Of a stretch of DNA of 64,000 nucleotides, positions 12,123 to 24,419 are shown piece by piece (positions within the stretch are counted from its first letter, which is position 1; every line of letters starts with the position of its first letter). The DNA comes from Octopus vulgaris (lineage: Eukaryota), in contig OX597821.1 in NCBI GenBank assembly GCA_951406725.2, forward strand, positions 8,432,001 through 8,496,000, read 5' to 3'. The position numbers and the translations under genes were made by a program. The notes below the pieces were generated by a model. The model ran no database searches, was not told where the DNA came from, and saw nothing but the letters and a program-made list of their open reading frames with translations.

Positions 12123-12506
12123 TTCTCTGGTCGCTTTCGCAAAGTCGAAACTGTTTCGGGTAGATTAACATGTCTCGTTTTTGTTGTCGTCTTTTTCGTT
12201 AATGATATTGTTGTTATTGTTGTTGTTGGTGGATCTGCTGCTGCCACAGGCGGTGGCGCTGGAGGTGGAAGTGTTCCCGCTAGTGCTATCGCTTTTTGCA
12301 ATTGGTTTCTTCTGTTCTTGCGATCGGTGGGGTGGTGGTCGAAGCAAGGGAAAATTGCTTTTATAGGCCTCACGTGAGCTATTGTTGTTGTTGTTGTTGT
12401 TGCTGCTGCTGCTGTTACAGTACTCACTGTCTTTCACGACTTGGCTGTTCTTTCTTCCGGACAACCGGCTGCCCCTTTCAGCGGATGGACAATTCTCATT
12501 CACCAT
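12123..12506 (-). pseudogene. Candidate first coding exon (Asn/Ser low-complexity N-terminus) with an in-frame TAA before a phase-0 donor
   Basis: AAGATGG start at 12506; 113-aa ORF; after TAA (12167-12165) the frame stays open for 14 codons (STRNSFDFAKATRE) to GAA|GTAAGT at 12122. Confidence 0.4.
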
Positions 12507-12839
12507 CTTTGCTTTTATTTAAATAAAAAAAAATGAGGGGCGTCTTAGCTCTAGCAAGCACCATAATAGTTCCTAAGGGTTACAGATGAAGAACTAACCA
12601 GTTCCCTAATGTCTTGGTTAGTTTAACTAAATAACGATGACAAAAATACAATACATAACAATATGAATAACAGCAAATACTGAACATTAAGCAGGGTCAT
12701 TAGATAAACGTAAATTCCCATGTCTCTTAAGAATCGGCGGAGCATTTAAGGGTCGGAGCTTCACTAGAATGAATGACTGCGAAAGGCAATTTCGACTTCA
12801 AAGTGTCCGTCCACTTTCCTCTCTTCTTGGTTTGACGAT

Positions 12840-12960
12840 TAAAACGACGCCATTTTGAACATTTTCAATGTAGCGAAGAGAAAATATTTTCAATTTCCTT
12901 TCCCGCTGTTGATCAGACCAATTTCCAGATCCAACAGTTGATCAGACCAATGCAGATCCG
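12840..12960 (-). promoter_or_regulatory. Candidate housekeeping-type promoter / 5' UTR elements
   Basis: YY1-type CGCCATTTT (12848-12856) and two copies of GTTGATCAGACCAAT (CCAAT box) at about 12908 and 12937, in CpG-richer non-repetitive DNA upstream of the 12506 ATG. Confidence 0.4.
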
Positions 12961-13067
12961 GTCAACTTGGAAAGTAAACACCACAATAAAATTAATAAAA
13001 TTACACTTCTAATAAGGAAAACAAAGCGCAGACTTTCGGAGCTTCAAAGATACGATCGGCGGCGGTG

Positions 13068-13098
<31 letters not shown>

Positions 13099-13668
13099 TT
13101 CCCTCTCATATATTCATATATATATATAAAATCGTATTGAGTTGGGGATGGGGTTTGAAAAATTTATGAACTTCAAAATTTTCTTTTTCTTTTACCGAAA
13201 AGGTGTCTCCATTTATTAAAGTGTATCGTGCAAAAAAAAAAAGAAAGAAAGAAAGAAATGGACAAAATAGGTCTGGAAGTGGGGGAGAGAGAATAAATTA
13301 AAAAAAAAATATATATGTCATAAAAAGCTTTCTCCTATCACCATTAGCAACGGAATAGTGGAAAATATTTAAAAATCCCCATCAAAACAGAGGAAATTCA
13401 ACTTATGTGGGTGTGCTATTCTGGAAGTCCGCTAAGGTATTTTATTGTGAAATTTACCCGGCAACGACGGGGTATTCAGCCAGCGCGTGCGTACGTATGT
13501 GTGTAATCTCAATGCTTTTTTCGAAATGTAAGTTGGAAGTATAAGTGATTTGATTCCATTTCTTAATTTATCCATGTTATAGAAAAAACATTTCCCTTAA
13601 CACTGGAATTGCTACCTTTATAAGTTGTCTGTAATATCTTTGGTGCTTAAGGGAATTTTTGCCACCCT

Positions 13669-14087
13669 CTCTTTACTCTTACTCTTTTACTTGTTTCAGT
13701 CATTTGACTGCGGCCATGCTGGAGCACCGCCTTTAGTCGAGCAAATCGACCCCAGGACATATTCTTTGTAAGCCTAGTACTTATTCTATCGGTCTCTTTT
13801 GCCGAACCGCAAAGTGACGGGGACGTAAACACACCAGCATCGGTTGTCAAGCAATGCTAGGGTAACAAACACAGACACACAAACATATACACACACACTT
13901 ATATATATATATATACATATATACGACGGGCTTCTTTCAGTTTCCGTCTACCAAATCCACTCACAAGGCATTGGTCGGCCCGAGGCTATAGCAGAAGACA
14001 CTTGCCCGAGATGCCACGCAGTGGGACTGAACCCGGAACCATGTGGTTGGTTAGCAAGCTACTTACCACACAGCCACTCCTGCGCCT
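13669..14087 (-). mobile_element. SINE family A, near full length
   Basis: Near-identical reverse complement of 26676-27104, including the tRNA-like head GGAGTGGCTGTGTGGTAAG...GGTTCAGTCCC. Confidence 0.88.
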
Positions 14088-14165
14088 ATAACAATTTATT
14101 CAACCCTGATAACAATTTATTTATTTTTTCCTTGTTATTCGTACACATTGAAAACATATACATAC

Positions 14166-14220
<55 letters not shown>

Positions 14221-14321
14221 CATACATATATATATATATACATACATACATAGAGAAGCAAGTAGACACCCTTATAATCACTAACATTTATTTAAATCTG
14301 AAATTACACATTCAAATTACT

Positions 14322-14945
14322 TATTGCTTCCGCCTTAGCAAAGGCGTGGTGTTGTTTCAGTCGTGTTTGTTTGATTGTTTGTCCGTGGGCAAGATATATC
14401 AAGAACCAGTGGATGGATTCGGATGACTGGCACGGTCTCATTAGATTTTGGAATCGATCCGGTACTGGGAAAGGATTCTGGATTACTTTTCCGACATTTT
14501 TTTTTACTTTACATGTATATGAAAAGTTTCACATAGTTCGCTTGTACACGAACACATATACACACATATGCTCACAATTCAAAAGCCATTTATCGACTTT
14601 TTCCCTCCTTCCTTCGTTATTCATCTGTCATCCTTTCCTTTCTCATTCATGCGATACTCTCTTTGCCACTTCATTTCGTCTTTCTCATTGTCATTATTTT
14701 CTTACTTTCTCTCACTCCCTCTCAGTCCTAGCTATTACTGTCACTACTTCTCCTTCACTGTATTAGTATTTCATGTCCTCTCCCTTCACCTGTCACTCAA
14801 TATATTCATTTTTAGTATTCTCGTTTGTGAGACCAGTCCAGTTTATTTCAGATATTCTCATTTTAAAAATCATATCCGGCTAATCGTTGAAAGGACGTTG
14901 GTGTTGCTTTAGTGGGGGTTTGCGCTCTCTGAGCGCTCCTATTAA
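14322..14945 (+). mobile_element. Non-autonomous Helentron/DINE-like element
   Basis: Start TTGCTTCCGCC...(GTTT)n GTCCGTG...GGATGGATT and a terminal hairpin GCGCTCTCTGAGCGC, an architecture typical of DINE-like elements. Confidence 0.45.
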
Positions 14946-14959
14946 TTGTTATAATGTGG

Positions 14960-15910
14960 ATGTTTAATATTTAGTAGACATTGTATTTTTCAATGCAAGG
15001 ACCCTATTTGACATGTTACTAATCAGATGACGAATATTCTCTTGCGGAGTTTCATGCAGTAATCTCAAAAGATCTGGCCTTGAAGATGCTTTCTTGTTCT
15101 TTTTGTGAAGTGCCCTGTCCATTATATCCTAGAGGTGTTCAATAGGGTTCATATTTTGGCCATGGAAGCTTTTTAATGCAATCCTCATCCAACAAATTTT
15201 GGGTCATTTTAGCATAAATAAAGAGTCTTCTTTAATCATTTCACCACCGCAGAAGGTTGGAAGGAGTCCTTTCTGCAATATGGACACATATTTATCTGAG
15301 TTTATGTTTCCCTCACACTCCACCAGCTCTGATCAACCATTGCTTCAAATTGCTCCCCAGACCAACACAGAATAGCTCTCGTAATGGCTGCACTCTTTTC
15401 GCATCAAATTCTTGATCACAGAGTCTCCAGACCTACACTCGACCACTGTCAAGAAATACAGCAATTCTGGACTCATCAGAGAATATGACAGTGTCTCAAA
15501 ATGCTAGTGACCTCTCCACCATCTCACTGGCCCAATCTTTTCTCCGCTTGATGCTGGCTGGTCGAAGAAGTGGTTTTCTTCTTGATGCTCTGTCATAGTA
15601 ACCAAGTTTGTGGAGATACCTGACAGGTGTTCTGGGACTGACATCAACTAATTCTGCTATGTCAAAGGCTTTGCGACGAGGATTATCTTGCACACTTCTC
15701 TTAGGAAAGAGAGGGTACTGTCAGAGGGCGCTGATTGATCTGGGCGAGATGATGTGGACCCCTTCCCCTATCTGGTAAATTGTACAATCATTCTATTAAC
15801 TGTAGAAAGCGGGATCCCAAGGTTTTCTGCGAGTTTACGCTATGTCCCACAATACGGCCTCTTTGAAATTCAGATAATCCCAAGGCTTCTTTTGTACATG
15901 GCGTGATTAA
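14960..15910 (-). mobile_element. Tc1-like transposase remnant
   Basis: RYLHKLGYYDRASRRKPLLRPASIKRRKDWA followed by VIFSDES, plus a decayed MNPIEHL motif near 15140; stops and frameshifts. Confidence 0.8.
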
Positions 15911-16094
15911 ACAGTCACATATAGAATCTGAAGCATAAAAATGTCAATTAATAAAAAGCATAAGCCTTTACAAGTTAAAATAAACATAAAACATGTTTTA
16001 TGGGGTGACTATTTGCTTCTTTCATGTGTGTGTGTATATATATATAGTAATATTAAATCTCTGAACGAGAAGAAAACAGTAGCAGCACGGAATC

Positions 16095-16565
16095 GTGAAG
16101 TATATTTGCCTACTAAATGTGGCTGTCCAATAGAGGACGATGTTACTGTTGTTTTTAGTCCCAGGAGGACATCTCCTTCACCTCGTTAACGACACGCTGT
16201 CTGTGTCTGATTAGTATTTGCGAAGGGAAATCATCGTTCCCATCTCTAGTCTTTCGTGAAACACAGACCCGTGTTTATGGGTGGTAACCCGTCATCAGTG
16301 TGTGATAATCACTAGCTAGCGATGAGAACTCATTCCAAACGCGAATTATTATCTGCTTTTTTCCAGTGACAAACTGTCGTTGATCTCCCGGATCTGTATG
16401 TATCACGTAAGGCTAGAGATGGGAACGATGACTTCCCTTCACAAATACTAATCAGACACAGACAGTGTGTCGTTAGCCAGCTGGAGGAGATGTCCTCCTG
16501 GGGCTAAAAACACCAGTAGCATCGTCCTCTACGAGACTGCCACATTCAGTTGGCAAATATACTTC

Positions 16566-16567
<2 letters not shown>
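16095..16567. repeat. Fold-back element with about 165-bp inverted arms, next to (TA)n
   Basis: 16095-16259 is the diverged reverse complement of 16403-16567. Confidence 0.85.
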
Positions 16568-16652
<85 letters not shown>

Positions 16653-16654
<2 letters not shown>

Positions 16655-17505
16655 TAGCAGAATTGCCCGGCGTTGCTCGGGGCTGAATTACTTGAAAGTA
16701 CTGTTAATGATTGCACTGAATTATAATGATTATTCAGGCAAATATTGATATAAGTTTACGCTGGGAGATAAGGACTTAACGATCAAACGTGTGCCATTGC
16801 ATTGTTTTGGGGGAACCAAATTTCTGATGAGCATTATAGGGGCACCAACTTTAAGTTTGAGAATGTGTGGTGGTAGTCCGGGGTGCTCAAAGGAATTGAG
16901 TACCTCAATTGGATAGTTGATGACGTCCTCTGGATCAGGAGTTGTATCGATAGACATGTTACATATACATAGACTTCCCCAGGAATGAGTTTTAGCATTT
17001 CATCATTAATATGGTGAACAGTTTTATTCCTTGGGGCCAGTATAGCCTTTTGGCCAATTCAATCCATATTCTGATAATTAGCTTGTAGATCTTGGAACAC
17101 TGCATCTCTGAGATCAGAAGGCGTCTTAACAATGGGTACAAATGGAATCGATGGCAATAATACCATTTTCATCCCCTGGTATTTTGCCTTCGCCAAGTGC
17201 AATGAGGGTGTGAGGAAATGCTGCTGATGTGATATTACGTCGCATATGAGCACGCATATTGGTGTGAAGTTTGAGAGTTACTTCCCTTTATTTAAAAAAA
17301 TATGCATTAAAATGGAAAAAAATGATGGTAAATTATTTGTAAAATCATAGACTCATCGTAGACGCGCGCTAATACCCAGAAGGGCTCGATATGAATCACG
17401 ACTATAAGATACCCGGTTTTGGTTAAACTGCATCGCAAAATGTGGGAGTAGTTAGGAATCTAAATCGGAGTAGACAGACACACAACCTTTCTTTTATATA
17501 TAAAT
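16653..17505 (-). mobile_element. Helitron/Helentron-derived element carrying a PIF1-helicase fragment
   Basis: ACTAG...CCCGGCGTTGC terminus; KAILAPRN and YPIEVLNSFEHPGLPPHILKLKVGAPIMLIRNL...CNGTRL helicase motifs; the other end matches 50298-50603. Confidence 0.85.
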
Positions 17506-18062
17506 ATTTTCGTCCTAAAAAACTTTGTATGGATTGAATGGTTACCTCTATGGAAATATATACACGCACATTATACATACATGTGTGTATAGATGAATAT
17601 ATAAATACATTTAAATATCTATATACACTTTTGGGCGATTTTTCTGTTTCTTAGAGATAACTTTAGATCTTATTTTCGTCCTAAAAACTTTGTATGGAGT
17701 GAATGGTTACCTCTATGGAAATATATACACACACGTTATACATACATGTGTGCATAGATGAATATATAAATACATTTATATATCTATATACACTTTTGGG
17801 CGATCTTTGTGCTACTTAGAGATAACTTTAGATCTTATATTCGTCCTAAAAAACTTTCCTGTCACACACTCACGCACACGCACACACACACACACGCACC
17901 CTCACACACACACACACGCACACACACACTCACACACACGCACACACACACACACAAATACATTTAAATATCTATATACACTTTTGGGCGATCTTTCTGC
18001 TACTTGGATATACGTTAGGTCTTATATTCGTCCTAAAAAACTTTCCTGTCACACACTCACGC

Positions 18063-18114
<52 letters not shown>

Positions 18115-18505
18115 ACACACACACACACAAATACATTAAAATATCTATATACACTTTTGGGCGATCTTTCTGCTACTTGGATATACGTTAAGTCTTATAT
18201 TCGTCCTAAAAAACTTTCCTGTCACACACTCACGCACACGCACACACACACACACACGCACCCTCACACACACGCACACACACACACGCACACACACACA
18301 CAAATACATTTAAATATCTATATACACTTTTGGGCGATCTTTCTGCTACTTGGATATACGTTAGGTCTTATATTCGTCCTAAAAAACTTTCCTGTCACAC
18401 ACTCACGCACACGCACACACACACACACACACGCACCCTCACACACACACACACACGCACACACACTCACACACGCACACACACTCACACACACACACAC
18501 ACACG
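17506..18505. repeat. Tandem array of about six 170-190 bp units, the later ones containing (CA)n
   Basis: Recurrent AAATACATTTAAATATCTATATACACTTTTGGGCGATCTTT...TCGTCCTAAAAAACTTT core. Confidence 0.9.
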
Positions 18506-18867
18506 TTAGCTTACAATTTTATTTATATATTTGCGTGTCTATGTGTGTAAGAGGAAGTGGGAATGCAGAGTGAAACAGTCAGTCATAACAAAAAGTGAAT
18601 TACTTTCATTTTATTCGTTGCACACTGTGTGTGTGCGTTTGCGTGTGCTGTAAACCAGACTAAGAAAAGCATCTGACATACACACCAGAATGTGAGTTTT
18701 CTGTAAATTTTGCTTAATTGGAGTTTAAATTTTAAAAACTGGACCTGGCATGACCCGATGCATTCTACTCTTAAAAATGCTAGGTAAATTGTAATTGAAG
18801 AAATCCTATATTGTAGATTTCTATAAGATACAAAGGGAGGCAGATAAAATCTGCCTTTTATAATAAG

Positions 18868-18930
<63 letters not shown>

Positions 18931-18958
18931 TGTGTGTTTGTGTGTTTGTGTGTGTATA

Positions 18959-19831
18959 CGTGGTATGATCAACAAGTATCCGGACTGTTGCCATACCAAC
19001 GAAGCTAAAGCACACAGAGTAAAGCAGCTTGATGCAAATTGACCTTAAACTCTGCTCTGCATGTGCACTAAGTTTTAACGTTGTAGTTCTCTTCCGCTGT
19101 TTGCAGCAGTGCTTGGAAGGAAGGTGTGTAGCGTGTGATCGTCGCATTGACCGTGACAGAAAGTTGTGCAGAGAATATGAATAAAATTTTGCCAAAACTT
19201 TGGCGATACCTGTATAGAGGCCTACGCAAAGTTTTCAAAAAGTTTTCATCGTTCTCGACACAATCAAAGAGATCTTGTGCAACTGAAACCCGAGTGTCTT
19301 TTTGCTCACCAGAAGCAGTTTTGCCACAAACTTGGCAGACACGCTTTTCATACCCAAATCTTCTGTGATAATGGATTGAACTGAACCTTACCTAATCTGT
19401 ACATCGTCTGATAACTCACGGATAGTGATTCCACGATTTCCCCACACTGTTGCACGCATATCTGCGATGTTTATCTTATTTCTGCTGATTGCGGGTGGAC
19501 ATTTTTCGGCCATTTTGGAAATATCTGAACGACTTGTACACTTGTGTGCGTCTCATACACTCCTCTCCAAATACTTTCTGTAACTTTGCGTAGGCCTCTG
19601 ACAACTTTGTGTACGTATCTAACAAATTTCCCTGTCATGGTCAAGCGACGATCACACGCTACACACGTTCCTGCCAAGCACTACTGTAAACAGCGGAAGT
19701 GAGCTAGAACGTTAAAACTTAGTGCGCATGCACAACAGAGTGCAAGGTCAATCAGTGCCAAACGGCTTTACTCTGCGTGCTTTAGCTTCGTTACTAAAGC
19801 AACAGTCCGGATACTTATTGATTAGACCTCG
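18959..19831. mobile_element. Mariner-derived element made of two inverted 5' halves, TA-flanked
   Basis: TIR CGTGGTATGATCAACAAGTATCCGGACTGTTG versus CAACAGTCCGGATACTTATTGATTAGACCTCG; TA on both sides; inverted similarity extends about 200 bp to the transposase start region. Confidence 0.8.
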
Positions 19832-19834
19832 TAT

Positions 19835-19866
<32 letters not shown>

Positions 19867-20206
19867 ATATATACATAATTCTAGGCAGTTTCCATGTAAC
19901 AGGTTCTCTCTCAAGTCATTGGTAGATCCGAGGCCCGAGATGCAGTGTTGTGAGACGGAACCCAAAATCACGTAATTTCGACGCGAACTGCGTAATCACA
20001 CAAGTATGTCTACGCTTTGCATTCTTAGGAATCGATAAAAATAAATATTCATTACTTTTTCTCAATAGATATGCACCTTGCAGGTTCTTAAGCACTTGAA
20101 ATTCGCACACCAGGTATTATGAAAGATTGTCCACCCCAAGCCACCAAACAAAAAATATATAAATAATAAAATTAAGTTTTCGCTGTCTTAACGGGATGTC
20201 TTTTTT

Positions 20207-20685
20207 TTATCGCCGTAAACATGTGTCGTTGTAATAGACATATCTTAACATTTGACCGGCTGTTGTATTTAAAGTGTCTGTATCTTTCAGAGATTGAGGC
20301 AGACGGTATTGATGGTGAGTCCACATATGTACAGCTACATTTTTATCCCAAGGGACCACTTTAAGAAAAAGTTTATCAAGCTGAAACCAGTTCGGATGAT
20401 AAATATGTCCTTTATCTACCTTAATAAGGTGTGAATATATTTTTGATAGCTTCAGTGGTATTGCCATTGAATGAACTCCCCAAATACTAGAGTTAAAGTT
20501 TCTGTAACTTTCGTACCAATATTCTAAGAACTTGGAGTGTCTTTTGGCAAATATTAAACCGTTCCCTATACCGGTTGCTGGGTCGATTAGGTCCATTGTA
20601 AGGACTGGCTGCCGGAAATGGTCGATTGGTCGCAGGAATAGAATGTCCGGATCAAGATAAATCATATTCACAAGTAACACAATAG
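20207..20685 (-). CDS. GT32 glycosyltransferase (alpha-1,4-GlcNAc/Gal transferase-like), exon 2 with DxD motif
   Basis: IYLDPDILFLRP (DxD), IGNGLIFAKRHSKFLEYWYESY, WGVHS and AVHMW motifs; the nearest CAG acceptor (20687-20686) is phase 1 and in frame with exon 1; TAA stop at 20207. Confidence 0.85.
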
Positions 20686-21007
20686 CTGTGTTAATCAGAG
20701 AGGAGGAATATGTTGTATAAAATCATAATTAACTGATCCTCCTATATTTTCTTTTATCCAAAGCCAGTAACTTTTCAGTACCAACTCATATATATAGATG
20801 CTTCCATGTCATCAAAAACCGGGAGATTTCTAAGATTTGTATGTCCTCGGTGCCCACAAAACCTTAAGTCATACAAAGTTGAGTCAAATTGTTTTTAGAA
20901 AAATATATGTAACTCCTACCAAATGTGATTAAGGTCACTTTCTTTCGTTTGTCCACTAGTTCATCTGCATCTATCTATATGTTTATCTATCTAGCTATCT
21001 TTCTACC

Positions 21008-22890
21008 TAAGGTGTTGGAGCCGCGCAAGAGGCCCGGGTGGCAGAGGCGCAACAGGGCAACAAAGCCACCATTTGGTCTCTGGTAGATGAACACGGGCAC
21101 GAATTACTCGAGCCAAATAAAATGTGTGAGGCCTTTCAACAGCATTTTGCCCGACTGTTCGGGGCGAGTGGCGGGCAAGAACGTAGGGTGGACTTCAGTG
21201 CCTACCTACAAAGCCTGTCACGACTCTCCTCAAGAGAGGCAGGGCGCTGCGAAGGTGCCATCACGGCGGTGGAAGTGCGGGGGGACGCGATGGCAGAATG
21301 CTCGAGGGACAAATCGCCGGGTTTGGATGGTCTACCCTACGAGCTTTACAGTTGTATGCTAGACTTGTTTGGAGACGTCTTGGCAGTGGTGTGCTGCAAC
21401 TGGCAGCAATATGGGAGTATGCCTGGTTTTGTGGGCCGAGGAGCCGTAACACTGCTGAAGAAAGATCTAAACAAGCGGGACATAATAGATAACTTTAGGT
21501 CCATCACTCTGCTTAATGCAGACTTGAAAATTTTGGCCAAGGTGTTAGCCAAGAGGTTGGCGCTTGTCATCAAGAAACTGGTCGACAAGGCGCAAACGTG
21601 CGCTGTGCCGGGCCGGAGCATCCATGACAACCTCCATCTGATGCGCTACATCATAGACAGGGTAGTTCAGGAACCTGGCATGAGTTGGGCCCTGATCAAT
21701 TTGGATCAATCGAAAGCTTTCGATAGAGTAGACCATCGATACTTGGAGGCTGTCCTTAGAGCGGTTGGTTTCGGTCCCGTCTTCCGCGACTGGATAGCTG
21801 CTTTGTACAGAGGTATCCATTCGGTAATTCGCGTAAATGGACATCTATCGAGACCTTTCGACATTGCACGTTCGGTCCGTCAAAGATGCCCCCCTCCCGT
21901 TGTTTCTATACGTATTGACTCTCGAACCATTACTGCGGCAGCTGGCGACTCTGAGGAGCATCCCGTGAGAATTGGGATGCGGGGACGAGCGTGTCTGCAT
22001 ACACGGACGACGTTATCATCATAGTGTCTAGTCACGAGCACATCGAGCTGGTCGGAGAGACACTGCAAGACTACGAAGCGGTGACAGGAGCAAAAATCAA
22101 CCGGGAAAAGTCAGTGGGCTTGGTACCTAGAGAAACAAGCCTATGCCGTCCACCAGCCCCTCCGTCGTGAGACGTTGGACCGACGGTCCGGTCGAGTTGC
22201 TCGGGATCTGGTTTGGTCCGGACCTCCAAACGGAGAAGAACTGGAACGAGATAACGAGTAGGGTGGTCACTCTCGCCCGGCAATGGGCCGAGAGGAAACT
22301 GTCCCTAAAAGGTCGGGCGGAGATGGCGAACACGTACATCGCGTCTGTCATCTACTACCACCAGACCGTCGTGCCTTGTCCCGACCCTATCATCACCAAA
22401 CTAGAACGCATTCTCTTCCGCTTCTTGTGGAAAGGATGCGTCCCGATGGTCAGGTGATCCATTTGCTGTCAACACCCGTTAAAAGGAGGGCTGGGTATGC
22501 CATGGTTGATGATGCGTAGGCACGCGCTGAGACTGCGACATCTCCGGCTCTACGTAGACGACGGTGAACAGGTGTGGTCGCCGTTTGTGAGGCACGCTTT
22601 CCCGCAACTCGTTTCCATGACTGGACTGCAGTCGTAGATCAAAAAGAGGACGAGGAAGGGCGAATGGCACCGCGAGTGTCGCGTTGATCTCAAGCAACTC
22701 TGCCGTCCCGGGTCGACCTTGAGTGACTTCAACACAACCAAAGCATTCTATAGGGGATTAGTGGAGGGGAGGTATGACGACGACCTCGGGGCGAACCTGG
22801 ACGTCGACGAGGAATACCTGACCCGCCTGTCCAGGACGACTTTCGAGCCAGGACCTATGGACAACTTCCAGAGATCCCTGGCCTGGCAGT
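21008..22890 (+). mobile_element. Tx1/L1-clade LINE reverse-transcriptase fragment, inside the GT32 intron and antisense to it
   Basis: KSPGLDGLPYE, NFRSITLLNADLKILAK, LDQSKAFDRVDH, SVRQRCP, AYTDD and KGGLG motifs; frameshifts and stops after about 21890. Confidence 0.92.
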
Positions 22891-23054
22891 AACAAACACT
22901 TAGCCTTCATCAGTGAGTATTACCGTTTCTTGGCTAAAAATGACTCTCCTCACCATGTACGCATTGGCCAATAGAATGCTACGGCAAATTCAAAACGAGC
23001 AATCGCTAACTTCGAAAACGGTAATACTCACTGAGGAAGGCTAAGTGTTTGTTC

Positions 23055-23760
23055 ACCAGGGCCTGAAATCATGTGCTATGAGTACGTCTGTAACTCATTC
23101 GCGATTTTCAATCGCTAATAGTAAGTTGACCCTTTCTAATTACAGTGGTTTTGAATTATTTTTGACTTCTATTTCTAGCAATGATGGTATTATCATTGTA
23201 CCCTTCTGGATCGCTGAAATGTACAAATGTTTTTCATCCTCTCTCTTTGTGGGTTGAATCAAGGAGACATTGTTGAAACTGTCTTTCTGTATGACAGACA
23301 GTCTCAGCATATTAGAAGAGACCAGGCCAAATATTTCTTTTGACTCCTTAAGTAAACTGTGATCCTTGCTCAAAGTAAATCTGAACCATTTAAATTGAGT
23401 TATTCTCTTCTTCAAATTCAGTATGATGTTGATTACTATATTTTGGCTGTGGCTACAATTGATTAGAATCTGTTCTGAACTAACATCCATTTCATCTGTC
23501 CCTGGTGCTCTTCTTCACCTCTTGGTGAGTTTCTAGAATTTTGCATCACTGCCTCTTATTATGCTGATATCATCAGCTGATTGCAAATGCTTTTCCTCCA
23601 ATGAAAGTGAAAGTGTTGGAATTGTTTATCTCCTAAATATGCAATTCCTAGATATTTTTCTGGAAGGCATTTTCCAGGAAGACATTGAAAAATACTGAAG
23701 CGAGGAGACATTCTTAGGGAAATTTTGTTCTTCTAAAGAAGTATCCCCAGAACTGCACTT
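23055..23760 (-). mobile_element. Highly decayed LINE fragment
   Basis: APGTDE motif (KAPGxDG-like) near 23500; otherwise broken frames. Confidence 0.35.
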
Positions 23761-23932
23761 GTGTGAACTAAAGTACAATGGTTGAATTTGTTTATTTTCT
23801 CTTATTCCTTTCTATTGAAGAGTGTAAGTTCGAAACATGAAAGACTTTTTCATTTTCCCGAGCGTCAAATTAATACACATGCTTGTTGTTTATATACCTG
23901 TCTTTGTTTTTGTTTTTTCTATAAATTTCAAC

Positions 23933-24190
23933 TGTGGAGGTGCGTGGCTTACTGGTTTGGGTGTCAGTGTCATAATCGTAAGTTTTGTGGTTTCGATTCC
24001 TGGACCGGGCGACGCATTGTGTTCTTGAGCAAAACACTTCATTTCACGTTGCTCCAGTCCATTCAACTGGCAAAAATGAGTAACGCTGCGATGGACTGGC
24101 GTCCCATCCAGCCGAGGAACACATATGCTAGAGAAATCGGGAAACCGGGCCCATGAGCCTGGCTAGGCTTTAAAAGGGCGCATTTATTAT
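23933..24190 (+). mobile_element. tRNA-derived SINE family B
   Basis: A-box-like GTGGCTTACTGG and B-box-like GGTTTCGATTCC; reverse-complement homolog at 43195-43443. Confidence 0.8.
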
Positions 24191-24419
24191 TATTTATATA
24201 AATTTCAACTATATATATATATATATATATATAAATAAGTACTTGTGTGTGTGTAGGGGGGGTTGTAATGAAAAGATTAGCTATGTATGTATTATGTATG
24301 TATATGTATGTATACAGAGAGTTCGAGTTAGATTTCACAATTTGTGCAAAAGGAAAAGAAAGAACACTATCCCATACAGAATCAAAATTATTTTTCAAAA
24401 CATTTAACTAGTTTTAACT

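Noticed and set aside
12123-12164. SFDFAKATRE resembling the ZDHHC17/13 DIVKATQ motif
   Set aside because: Too short and divergent, and no ankyrin-repeat exons were seen downstream.
12839-12853. AAAATGGCG as a coding start on the minus strand
   Set aside because: The frame closes after four codons (ATG GCG TCG TTT TAA); it is better read as a YY1-type motif or tiny uORF.
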